Under the pieces are notes generated by a model. It saw only the letters and a list, made by a program, of their open reading frames with translations, was not told the origin of the DNA and searched no databases. Both the position numbers and the translations under genes were made by a program. 46,990 bases of DNA from an uncultured Ktedonobacterales bacterium (lineage in GTDB: Bacteria; Chloroflexota; Ktedonobacteria; Ktedonobacterales; JADMIN01): positions 21,777 to 68,766 of the forward strand of contig CAYYCB010000001.1 of the NCBI GenBank assembly GCA_964469715.1. Direction: 5' to 3'. The first letter of the stretch is position 1; the number at the start of each line of letters is the position of its first letter. Shown one piece after another: positions 8,688 to 17,610 of the stretch.

Positions 8688-10397
8688 ATGCGCATAAGTC
8701 CAGGTGCGAGGCAGCCGCCGCGCGTCATGATCCTCGGCCTTGACGGCGCGACATTCACTTGGGTTCGACCATTAGTGGCAGCGGGGAAGCTCCCGGTGCT
8801 CGCACGCCTCATGGCAGAGGGGACGAGCGGCCCGCTAGAGTCCATCATCCCGCCGCACACTGGCGCGGCATGGCCTTCGCTCATCACGGGCCGCAACCCT
8901 GGCAAGACTGGATTGTTCTACTTCGAACGCTACGACGTCGCCCGATATGCCTGTCTAAATGGATTTGCCACGGCAGAGACCATCGTAGGAAGGACGATCT
9001 TTGACAGCAGCTTGATCGGTGATTTGCGTGTGGCGGCGCTCCGTGTACCCATGACATATCCCACATGGCCCGTGAACGGCGTCATGGCGAGCGGCTATCC
9101 CGCACCGGCGGATACCGTGCGCTCGATGTATCCGCGTGCGCTGGCAAAGGTGATGCCGCAAATGGGCACACTGCCAATCCACGGCGCTAACCCGGAGCAC
9201 ATCTCGGCGCTCCTCGCGCATGAAACTGAAGCGCTAACGACCGCCGCCTGCCATATCCTCGCGAGTGATGAGTTCGATCTCGGCATGGTCGTATATCAGC
9301 AACCTGACCAGGCCCAGCATTTCTTCTGGCGCTACGCCGACCCAACCAGCCCGCTCTATACGGAGGACGAAGCAGAGGCTTACGGAGACCTGATCGCTCG
9401 CTGCTATCAGTCGGTGGATGCCGGCATAGGGCGGCTGCTCGAATTCTGTGGCGACGAGACACTTGTGCTCGTCGTCTCGGATCACGGAGCAGAGTGCGCC
9501 CCGAAGTGGTCCTTCCAGGCGAACCAGTGGCTCTGCGAACAAGGCTTGCTGGCCGTGCAGCCGCCGAGCGTCATACGGCGCGAAGCCCGTACGCTTTTCA
9601 ACATTCGCCGGATCGTGCCGAAGGACATCCGGCGGAATCTACGCCATCTGATCCTGAAAGGACCCAGCGCCTCGCTGCGGGACAGCCTATCGTATCTCGG
9701 TCAGGGAACCGAGTTCATTGACTGGCACCGGACCCGCGCATATCGCTTCCCTGTGGCTGAACAGATGGAAGGCTTGGCAATCAACTTGAAGGGACGCCAG
9801 CCACACGGAATCGTCGAGCCCGCCGAATACGATGAGTTGCGCGCGCGACTCACCGACGAATTACGACTTCTGCGCCAGCCGGGCACAGATGCGCCGCTGG
9901 TCACTGAAGTCCACCGGCGAGAAGAGGTCTTCTGGGGCCCGCATGCTCATCGCGCCCCAGATCTCCTGTACCGACTGGCGCCAGGATTCGAGTCGCGCGG
10001 CGAGCTGCACGGCGCCATCTTCACGGAAGCATCCCCCGCAAGCCTCGTGCGACACAACGCCTGGCATGATCGTGCCGGCATACTGATGGCGCACGGCCCA
10101 GACGTGGCTGCGGGCAAAGATATCGCCGGCGCTCACCTCCTTGATATCGCTCCTACTGTTCTCCAGGCCCTCGGGCGGCCGCTCTCCTCCGAACTTGACG
10201 GGCGTCCTCTTCAATCCTTGCTGGCAGGGGACGCCGGCCAGACAAGGGAGCCTGGCAGCCTTGGCTGGGCACATGAGCCATATGAAGGCGTCATGAGCCC
10301 GCGCGCCACCTCCGCCGAAGCAGTTCCCAGCACAGTGCTCTCAGAGGGCGAGCAAGAGGAGATCCGGCAGCGCCTTCGTGCGCTCGGGTATTTGTAG
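8688..10397 (+). CDS. Alkaline-phosphatase superfamily, nucleotide pyrophosphatase/phosphodiesterase-like protein (paralog 1 of 4)
   Basis: ORF 8622..10397. ATG 8688 after GTGAGG. ILGLDGATF, IIPPHTGAAWPSLITGRNPGKTG (candidate Thr nucleophile), VVSDHGA, WHDRAGILMAHGP. No signal peptide or TM. Ends ...RQRLRALGYL. Confidence 0.85.
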   Translation: MRISPGARQPPRVMILGLDGATFTWVRPLVAAGKLPVLARLMAEGTSGPLESIIPPHTGAAWPSLITGRNPGKTGLFYFERYDVARYACLNGFATAETIVGRTIFDSSLIGDLRVAALRVPMTYPTWPVNGVMASGYPAPADTVRSMYPRALAKVMPQMGTLPIHGANPEHISALLAHETEALTTAACHILASDEFDLGMVVYQQPDQAQHFFWRYADPTSPLYTEDEAEAYGDLIARCYQSVDAGIGRLLEFCGDETLVLVVSDHGAECAPKWSFQANQWLCEQGLLAVQPPSVIRREARTLFNIRRIVPKDIRRNLRHLILKGPSASLRDSLSYLGQGTEFIDWHRTRAYRFPVAEQMEGLAINLKGRQPHGIVEPAEYDELRARLTDELRLLRQPGTDAPLVTEVHRREEVFWGPHAHRAPDLLYRLAPGFESRGELHGAIFTEASPASLVRHNAWHDRAGILMAHGPDVAAGKDIAGAHLLDIAPTVLQALGRPLSSELDGRPLQSLLAGDAGQTREPGSLGWAHEPYEGVMSPRATSAEAVPSTVLSEGEQEEIRQRLRALGYL

Positions 10398-10540
10398 AGC
10401 TACCCGTATGCGGGGTCCATGAACATGACGTGTGAATATCCCTTGATGCCATGGGTATCTCTCTCGATTGAGCAACTCCGTCGCATCACAGTACAGTTGA
10501 AGCACCGCGGGGCGAAGTGAGGCAGGAGGCGACTTGCCAC

Positions 10541-12202
10541 ATGAGGCGCGCAAGAGTACTAGTTGTTGGATTAGACGGCGCAACTTTTGACCTCATCTCA
10601 CCCCTGGTCGAGGCTGGCAAGATGCCTACTCTAGCCGGCCTCATACGGACAGGTGGAAGCGGGGTGCTGCGCTCCATCGTTCCACCACACACTGCGGCGG
10701 CCTGGAGCACGCTGATCACGGGCAAAAATCCCGGGCAGCACGGCGTAAGCGGTTTCGAGCAGATCGCGCTGCGCGATTACGGGTGCCGAGGCGACCTGAC
10801 GCAATCGCACATGCTGGCTGGCCAAACCATTTTTGACTTGCTTGGCGGCAGCGGCATGCGCGTTGGGGCGGTACGCATTCCGATGACCTATCCAGCATGG
10901 CAAATCAATGGCGTCATGGTCAGCGGCTATCCATCGCCGAATCGGGCTGGCGGCCACACGTGGCCAACCTCCCTATCCCAAGACGTTCCGCCGATGGTTG
11001 CGATGCCATCCTCGAACGACCCGGGTGAGCGGCTCTCCGTCCTACTTCGCGAGATTTCCACTTGCACAGACATCGCCCAACACCTGCTTGATTCGGAAAC
11101 CTTCGACCTCTTCATGGTGGTGTATCAGCAGCCAGATCAGGCTCATCACTTCTTCTGGCATTTCATCGATCCGGCAAGCCCCTGTTATTCGATCGCCGGT
11201 GCGAAGACACACGGCGATGCCATAGCTCGCGTCTATCAGCAGATCGATGTCGAGTTGGCTCGTCTCCTCGCGGCGGCCGAGCCCGACATGACACTCATCG
11301 TCTCAGATCACGGAGCCGCGCGCTCCCCCAGGCAGCAATTTCACGTCAACGCGTGGCTCTCCACCCTGGGACTGCTCAGATTGAGAAACCCACAGCAGAC
11401 ATTCGGGCAGCGTTTCTATTCGCACCGAAGCCGCATGTTGAGCCGTGCGCGTCGGATTCAGCTCCGCAGGTTCCTCGAACGCATCTTGCCTCAGTCCATA
11501 CGCTCGCGCATGGAAGAGTTCATCTTGAACGTCGATCAGGTTGACTGGTCGATGACGCAGGTTTATCGTTTCCCCCTTCCGGAGCTTACCGAGGGATTGG
11601 CCATAAACCTGCGCGGGCGGCAACCGCAGGGCATCGTTGAGCCAGGACATGAGTACGACTCTCTGCGTACCAAGCTGCTGGAGGAGCTGCGCCGTCTGCG
11701 CACACCAAACGGCGACCCTCTCGTCGCCCATGTGTGGCTGCGTGAAGAGCTATTTAGCGGTGATCATGCCAGCGACTGGCCGGATATCGTGTTCCGCCTC
11801 CACCCAGACGTGCAGGCCGGGACCGCGTGTTCGGGACCCCTCTTCTCTCCGGTCCCGATGCAAGCGTTCGAGCGCCACAGCGGCACCCACGACGAGCGCG
11901 GCATTCTGGTCGCGTCTGGAGCAGGCATCAAACCCGGCTCAGCCCCAGACGAGGCACGTCTGCTCGACTTCGCGCCGACAGTATTTCGGCTCCTCGGCGC
12001 TGACATACCCACCTCCTTCGAGGGCAGGATTCTGACAGAGATGCTGACCGATGGTGCATCTATGACCACGATTCAGCCCGCACGATCCGCATCCCAGCGT
12101 GAGTTCGTGCAGCCGGTTGCGGAACCCGTGGCCGCGGCTGTGTTGAGTGCGGAGGATGAGCAGACAATCAGAGATCGCCTGCGCGATCTGGGCTACTTGT
12201 AA
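10541..12202 (+). CDS. AP superfamily NPP-like protein (paralog 2 of 4)
   Basis: ORF 10517..12202. ATG 10541 after AGGAGG. VVGLDGATF, VPPHTAAAWSTLITGKNPGQHG, IVSDHGA, THDERGILVASG. Ends ...RDRLRDLGYL. Confidence 0.85.
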   Translation: MRRARVLVVGLDGATFDLISPLVEAGKMPTLAGLIRTGGSGVLRSIVPPHTAAAWSTLITGKNPGQHGVSGFEQIALRDYGCRGDLTQSHMLAGQTIFDLLGGSGMRVGAVRIPMTYPAWQINGVMVSGYPSPNRAGGHTWPTSLSQDVPPMVAMPSSNDPGERLSVLLREISTCTDIAQHLLDSETFDLFMVVYQQPDQAHHFFWHFIDPASPCYSIAGAKTHGDAIARVYQQIDVELARLLAAAEPDMTLIVSDHGAARSPRQQFHVNAWLSTLGLLRLRNPQQTFGQRFYSHRSRMLSRARRIQLRRFLERILPQSIRSRMEEFILNVDQVDWSMTQVYRFPLPELTEGLAINLRGRQPQGIVEPGHEYDSLRTKLLEELRRLRTPNGDPLVAHVWLREELFSGDHASDWPDIVFRLHPDVQAGTACSGPLFSPVPMQAFERHSGTHDERGILVASGAGIKPGSAPDEARLLDFAPTVFRLLGADIPTSFEGRILTEMLTDGASMTTIQPARSASQREFVQPVAEPVAAAVLSAEDEQTIRDRLRDLGYL

Positions 12203-12243
12203 CTCAGCGTTGGGTATCCCCTCCCGGCTGTAGTGGAGGAATT

Positions 12244-13848
12244 ATGGTGATCACGCTTGGCCAGCGGGCCAATATACGCCGTCTCAGGGCAGGTGTTGGA
12301 GCAACAGTCGCCATCGGGTTGTCAGCGGCTGCCATTGGGCTGGCCGCAGCGTTCGGTGTGACACGGGTCTCCACCGCCGTGATCATCGTAGCGGCGCTGG
12401 TGCTCGGCGGGCTCTTCACCGCCATTATCCTGGGGCGGTGGTATCTCGGCTTGATCCTCGTCTTCATCGAGGCCCCGTTCGACGATCTCATTCGACGTTT
12501 TGTATATTTCGGTCGCCAGGTTCCGCACCTGGACCCCATCCATCTCGTCGCAGAGTTCATGGTGTTCTCGGTCGCACTTGGCATCGTGCTGGATGGCATT
12601 GTCCACCGTCGTGTCGGCGCCGCCCCGCGCCAGCGGAAGCTCCTCTTGCTAGCAACATCCCTCTATTTCGCGTACCTAGTCGTGCAGATCTTCAATCCCC
12701 TGAATGGCAACATCCTCATCGGCGCGCAGGGATTCGTCTCCATTGGCTACTACATTCTCCTGCTCTTCGTGGCTCCGCGCGTCATACGCACACCGCAGGC
12801 ATTGCGGCTACTCTTGACCGTGAGCGTGCTCTGCGCCACGCTCGTCGCACTGTACGGCATCTTCCAACACGTGCGGGGCCTTACGCTGCAAGACAAATTT
12901 GAGCTGCAACGTTTGGAACTGCTCATCGGCAAACGCAGTTACCTCTATTACGGTAGCGAGGTTCGAGTCTTCTCGACGCTGGGTACCTACAGTGCGTGCG
13001 CCAGCTACCTCTGTGTGAACTTCATCATCGCGACATACCTCCTGCTGCGTGGCTCGCCGCGCATCCGCCTTCTCGCGGCCACCGCGATGCCCCTGATGGC
13101 GCTTTGCCTGCTCTGGACGTACAGCCGAACGAACTGGCTGGGAGCGAGTGTGGGCGTCATGCTTGTCTTCGCCTTGTTGCGCCCGTGGAGGCCACAGCAA
13201 AAGGCCTTCTTTCTTGCGTTCCTCCTGCTGCTGGGCATAGCGCTCTTCGGCCTGCTAGGGCAACTCGGCCAATCTTCGATCGCCATGGGGAACCCGGTGC
13301 TCCAACGGTTCGGCCAGCTTACAAACGGTGAAGGGGAGACGTCCCTCAGCCAGCGCGTGTCTGAGCTCGGCTACATCGTGCGATACTCTCGTTACAACCC
13401 CCTCGGCGCGGGAGTGGGAGCCAATTTGCCGAATACGGCCGGGAACACCGGGGCCGCAAAGGTAGCCAACGTCAACAATGACAACTACTACTTCCTCCTG
13501 CTATTCGAGATCGGCTATCCCGGCCTTGCGCTCTTCCTCGTGCTGTCGCTCGGATTTGTGGTGGTCGGGCTAAAGAACCACCAACGTGCCAGGTATAGAG
13601 ACGTGAAGGGGCTGGGCGCCGTTCTTGTGACGATTGTCATCACACTGCTATTCCTAAGCCTGGGCGAGCCGTTCCTGCAGTTCGGCGGCACTGTGGAGTA
13701 CTTCTGGCTCGCCGCCGGATTGCTCATAAGCCTGCCTGAGATGGACGCGTGCGCATTGCGCGAAGCGGCGGCGCAGCCAGGCGGGATCTCCGCATCAGGC
13801 GGAGACGTGCCGGCCCGAGTGGTCGTAGGCGCCGGGAGGGCACAGTGA
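12244..13848 (+). CDS. O-antigen ligase/polymerase family (Wzy_C-like) polytopic membrane protein
   Basis: RBS GGAGGA. More than 10 hydrophobic helices. The loop LLWTYSRTNWLGASVGVMLVFALL resembles the O-antigen ligase domain signature. Confidence 0.75.
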   Translation: MVITLGQRANIRRLRAGVGATVAIGLSAAAIGLAAAFGVTRVSTAVIIVAALVLGGLFTAIILGRWYLGLILVFIEAPFDDLIRRFVYFGRQVPHLDPIHLVAEFMVFSVALGIVLDGIVHRRVGAAPRQRKLLLLATSLYFAYLVVQIFNPLNGNILIGAQGFVSIGYYILLLFVAPRVIRTPQALRLLLTVSVLCATLVALYGIFQHVRGLTLQDKFELQRLELLIGKRSYLYYGSEVRVFSTLGTYSACASYLCVNFIIATYLLLRGSPRIRLLAATAMPLMALCLLWTYSRTNWLGASVGVMLVFALLRPWRPQQKAFFLAFLLLLGIALFGLLGQLGQSSIAMGNPVLQRFGQLTNGEGETSLSQRVSELGYIVRYSRYNPLGAGVGANLPNTAGNTGAAKVANVNNDNYYFLLLFEIGYPGLALFLVLSLGFVVVGLKNHQRARYRDVKGLGAVLVTIVITLLFLSLGEPFLQFGGTVEYFWLAAGLLISLPEMDACALREAAAQPGGISASGGDVPARVVVGAGRAQ

Positions 13849-15068
13849 ATCTGGCGTACTTCTCAGACGTCGTGGAGCTCGGGGGCGCGGAACTCAGCCT
13901 GGTAGACTACTTTCGCGCATTGCCCGCGCTGCCTATAAGCGCTCGTCTGATCACGCCGCACGAGGGTCCCCTTTCGGATGCCGCTCGCGCGGTAGGCGCC
14001 GAGTGTCGCGTGGTGCACATGCCCGAGCTCACAGCTTACGAGCACAATCCCAACATCTTCAAAGCGACACACGACCCTCGTGCACGTGCTGCTTACTTCT
14101 CCGAGGCTGCCCGCTCTCTCTGGCGATTGGCGGCCCTCCTGAGGCGTGAGAGGATAGACGTCCTCCACACGAATGCGCTCCGTGCCCACCTCTATGGAGC
14201 AGTCGCTGGACATCTCGCGGGCTGTCGCGTGGTCTGGCACGTTCGCGACATCATCGTGAAGCCGTGGCAGCTCCACCTGTTCCATGGCCTCGGCCACATG
14301 GTGGATCGCATCGTTTGCGTGTCGGAACCCGCCCGCGACGCAATGGCAGTCAGTCCTTCGCTTGCACGCAAAGCCATCACCATCCACAACGCCATCCACC
14401 TCCCGACCTATCGCCCGACGGATGGTGAGGTGCAGCGCGTGCGTGCAGAGTTGAAGCTTGAGGGCTGCTTTCCAATCATCTCGCTTGTCGGCCAGTTGAC
14501 CTGGAATAAAGGGCACCTCGATCTCATCGCGGCCATGCCTTCCATACTCGCGCATGCTCCACAGGCGCGCTTGCTGATCGTCGGTGAATCGCTGAGCGGC
14601 GAAGAAGGGTACAGGGCCACGCTTCGCGATCTCGTGCACAATTTGAATCTGGAGCAGCAGGTGATTTTCACCGGCTTCCGGCGTGATGTGGGAGCGATTC
14701 TGGGCGCCAGCGACGTTGCGGTGACGCCGTCGTGGCAGGAGCCGTATCCACGCACTGTCATGGAGGCGTACATAGCTGGGACTCCCGTCGTCGCGACGAA
14801 CGTCGGCGGAATCCCTGAACTGGTGCGCGATGGGGAGACAGGCCTGCTGGTCGACCCGCATCAGCCCGATCACCTCGGCAACGCCATTCTCCGTGCCCTA
14901 GAGCCAGAGGTGCGTGAGCGGCTTCGGCGCAAGGCCACTCGGGTCGCACACGAGGAATGCTCCGTAGAGGCCGAGCTAACGCGTATCGTCGGCCTCTACG
15001 AAGAGATTCTTCGTCTCCCGCGCGGCACGCTCTCTCGCGCGAAAACCAACCGGACATCTGCGGCGTGA
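13845..15068 (+). CDS. GT4-family glycosyltransferase
   Basis: ORF 13749..15068. GTG 13845 overlaps the upstream TGA (GTGA) and follows GGGAGGG. N-terminus LAYFSDVVELGGAELSL. C-terminal EPYPRTVMEAYIAGTPVVATNVGGIPELVRDGETGLLV (EX7E). Confidence 0.8.
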   Translation: MNLAYFSDVVELGGAELSLVDYFRALPALPISARLITPHEGPLSDAARAVGAECRVVHMPELTAYEHNPNIFKATHDPRARAAYFSEAARSLWRLAALLRRERIDVLHTNALRAHLYGAVAGHLAGCRVVWHVRDIIVKPWQLHLFHGLGHMVDRIVCVSEPARDAMAVSPSLARKAITIHNAIHLPTYRPTDGEVQRVRAELKLEGCFPIISLVGQLTWNKGHLDLIAAMPSILAHAPQARLLIVGESLSGEEGYRATLRDLVHNLNLEQQVIFTGFRRDVGAILGASDVAVTPSWQEPYPRTVMEAYIAGTPVVATNVGGIPELVRDGETGLLVDPHQPDHLGNAILRALEPEVRERLRRKATRVAHEECSVEAELTRIVGLYEEILRLPRGTLSRAKTNRTSAA

Positions 15069-15095
15069 GTATCCGCATTGGCCGAGGAGGTCGCC

Positions 15096-16286
15096 GTGCA
15101 CATCGTCTTGAATTGTGCGCTTACCGGGCCAGATGCCACAGGCATCGGCGTCTATGCCGGCGCCTTGGCGGCCGCTCTGCCGGCCACTGACAACGGAGAA
15201 CATACCTACGACGTGTATGTTGGTGGGACGGTGCCTGGCGTGACCGACCGGCCAGCCTCGGGCCGCGTCAAGTATCATGTGGTGAGTTCATCTGGTCCGC
15301 TCGGCAGACTTCGCTGGGATATCTGGCAAATCGGCGTGGCCGCGCGGCGAGCTGGCGCCGATCTACTGCATAGCACCACGGCATATCTGCCGATCCACCC
15401 GCCCTGTCCATGCGTGCTTACTGTCCACGATCTCGCAATCTATCACTTCCCCGCTACGTTCCGCGTGGCAAATCGGACACTCGGGCGGCGCATCTTTGAG
15501 ATGTCCGTCCGGCGCGCAGCAGCGCTCATTGCCGTATCCGAAGCGACGCGGCGGGATCTGACCACGCTCCTCGACGTTCCCTCAGAGCGGATCACCGTTA
15601 TCCCGGAAGCGGTCGATCCTATCTTCCAGGCCCAGACAGCCCAGACAGACATCCCCCGCATCCAGCACACATACGGAATCCAACGCCCGTATGTGCTATC
15701 CGTCGCCACCGCCGAGCCCCGCAAGAACTTGGGCCGGCTCCTCGATGCGTACTGTGCCTGTCTCCCTATAGTGGGCGCAGACCTCCAACTGGTGCTTGTC
15801 GGCCGGCAGGGTTGGCTGGCCGGCCCACTGGAACAGAGGATCCGCCATCTTGCCGCGAACGGGATGGTGAAGCTGCTAGGTTATGTCCCGCGCGCCGACT
15901 TGCCAGGACTCTACGCAGGAGCCGCCGCCTTCGCATATCCATCCCTCTATGAAGGATTCGGCCTACCAGTGCTAGAAGCCCTGGCTTGCGGCACACCGGC
16001 GCTGACATCGAACTCCTCTTCGCTGCCCGAGGTGGCAGGTGATGCCGCCCTGCTGGCGGAGCCCACTTCAGTGGATGCGATAGCAGCCGGGCTCATCAGG
16101 TTGCTCAAGGATGCCGACTTTGCCCTCGCCCTTCGCCTGCGCGGACCGGCCCGCGCCGCGGAGTTCTCCTGGGAAGTGGCGGCACGCCGCACGCGCTACG
16201 TGTACGAGCGCGCTTCCACCTACCGCACGGTGTCGCCGCCCGAGCCTGCACTGCGAGCCGTCATGGGTCGCCAGGAGGGAGGTTGA
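15096..16286 (+). CDS. GT4-family glycosyltransferase (mannosyltransferase-like)
   Basis: ORF 15078..16286. GTG 15096 after GAGGAGG. YPSLYEGFGLPVLEALACGTPALTSNSSSLPEVAGDAALL. Confidence 0.8.
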   Translation: MHIVLNCALTGPDATGIGVYAGALAAALPATDNGEHTYDVYVGGTVPGVTDRPASGRVKYHVVSSSGPLGRLRWDIWQIGVAARRAGADLLHSTTAYLPIHPPCPCVLTVHDLAIYHFPATFRVANRTLGRRIFEMSVRRAAALIAVSEATRRDLTTLLDVPSERITVIPEAVDPIFQAQTAQTDIPRIQHTYGIQRPYVLSVATAEPRKNLGRLLDAYCACLPIVGADLQLVLVGRQGWLAGPLEQRIRHLAANGMVKLLGYVPRADLPGLYAGAAAFAYPSLYEGFGLPVLEALACGTPALTSNSSSLPEVAGDAALLAEPTSVDAIAAGLIRLLKDADFALALRLRGPARAAEFSWEVAARRTRYVYERASTYRTVSPPEPALRAVMGRQEGG

Positions 16287-16289
16287 CAG

Positions 16290-17540
16290 ATGCAGCAAAC
16301 GTTCCCTCCGACGCGGGCCAAGCAAAGTGCCGCCGGCCCAGGTGTGACCACATGGCTCGAAGATCATCCGCTCTCAGTCCTCGCGGTGACACCGGAGTTC
16401 CACAATGGAGGAACCGAAATCCAACTCCTGGAGCTCGGCCGCGGACTCACCTCGCGAGGCGATCGCTATCGGATCGTGACAGGCAGAGGTACACAGCTCG
16501 ACACCTTGCGCACCTCAGGCATCTCACACCGCGTCGTGAGGCAGACGGCTGGGGCGGTGCCGATGCTAGTGGAACTGCTAGCGTACGCGGGCGCCATACT
16601 CCGCGAGCTCCTCATTGAGCCAGCCGACGTCATTCAAAGCACCTCCATCCGAACAACGTACGCTGCCACGCTGGCCGTCGCCGCCTTTGGCCTCCGGCGA
16701 CCACGCACGCCTGAGCCAGTCATCGTGACCACACTGCATGGCGGCAAACAGTCCGATCTGTATGGTCGCGCTGCCCGCCACCTGCGCTATCTCGGCGATG
16801 CCGTGATTGTGGTCTCCAGCGATGGACGCGACGCGCTGCAAGGTCGGGGCTTTCCGGAGGAGCGGCTGAGCGTTATCCCCCCTGGACGCGACCTCGCCGA
16901 GTTTATAGCCGTACGTGGCGGCAAAGTAGAGCCAGCCGTGATCACCGGCATCCCGGCTGACGCGCGCATCGTGCTACACGTCGGGCGGCTCGCTCCGCTC
17001 AAGGGGCTTACCTATCTACTCGATGCGTGGGGGCTGATTTGCTCAGACTTCACGGCAACACACCTGGTAATCGTGGGCACTGGCGAGCTCGAAGCTGATC
17101 TTCGCGCCCACGCGGCCTCCCATGGAATCGGAGAGCGCGTCAGCTTCCTCGGCTTCCGCAGAGACGTGCCCGCGCTTCTGGCCCGCGCCGATGCCTTCGT
17201 CCTGAGCTCACTCTGGGAGGGCATGCCTATGGCAGCGGTCGAGGCCATGGCAGCAGGCGTCCCCGTGGTCGCGACACATGTCGGAGGCACAGCCGACGCG
17301 GTCGAAGATCAGGTGACCGGGATGCTCGTTCCACCAGCCGATCCAGGAGCGCTCGCAAGCGCGCTGCGCACCCTCCTTACAGACCGCACCCGCGCACAAC
17401 AACTCGCCGAGACTGCCCACCTGCGTGTGCGACGCCGCTTCAGCCGCGATGCGATGGTCGCGGCGACGCGACAGGTATATCTCGAAACTCGCAATCGGCA
17501 TTTTGCGCGGGCCGCACAGATGATGCCGTTGGAGCTCTGA
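16290..17540 (+). CDS. GT4-family glycosyltransferase
   Basis: ATG 16290 lies 3 nt after the upstream stop and is preceded by GGAGGGAGG. SSLWEGMPMAAVEAMAAGVPVVATHVGGTADAVEDQVTGMLV. Confidence 0.8.
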   Translation: MQQTFPPTRAKQSAAGPGVTTWLEDHPLSVLAVTPEFHNGGTEIQLLELGRGLTSRGDRYRIVTGRGTQLDTLRTSGISHRVVRQTAGAVPMLVELLAYAGAILRELLIEPADVIQSTSIRTTYAATLAVAAFGLRRPRTPEPVIVTTLHGGKQSDLYGRAARHLRYLGDAVIVVSSDGRDALQGRGFPEERLSVIPPGRDLAEFIAVRGGKVEPAVITGIPADARIVLHVGRLAPLKGLTYLLDAWGLICSDFTATHLVIVGTGELEADLRAHAASHGIGERVSFLGFRRDVPALLARADAFVLSSLWEGMPMAAVEAMAAGVPVVATHVGGTADAVEDQVTGMLVPPADPGALASALRTLLTDRTRAQQLAETAHLRVRRRFSRDAMVAATRQVYLETRNRHFARAAQMMPLEL

Positions 17541-17610
17541 GCGCCCTGCGGCCGTTTGGCGCCGCGGCTTCAAAGCTAGATGTCTGGTTGACTCGTAGCG
17601 AGGAACGCCT

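Noticed and set aside
13863-14873. 336-aa ORF on the - strand
   Set aside because: It is fully antisense to the GT4 gene 13845..15068, which has clear family motifs. Its Arg/His/Gly-rich composition and lack of motifs are typical of shadow ORFs in GC-rich DNA.
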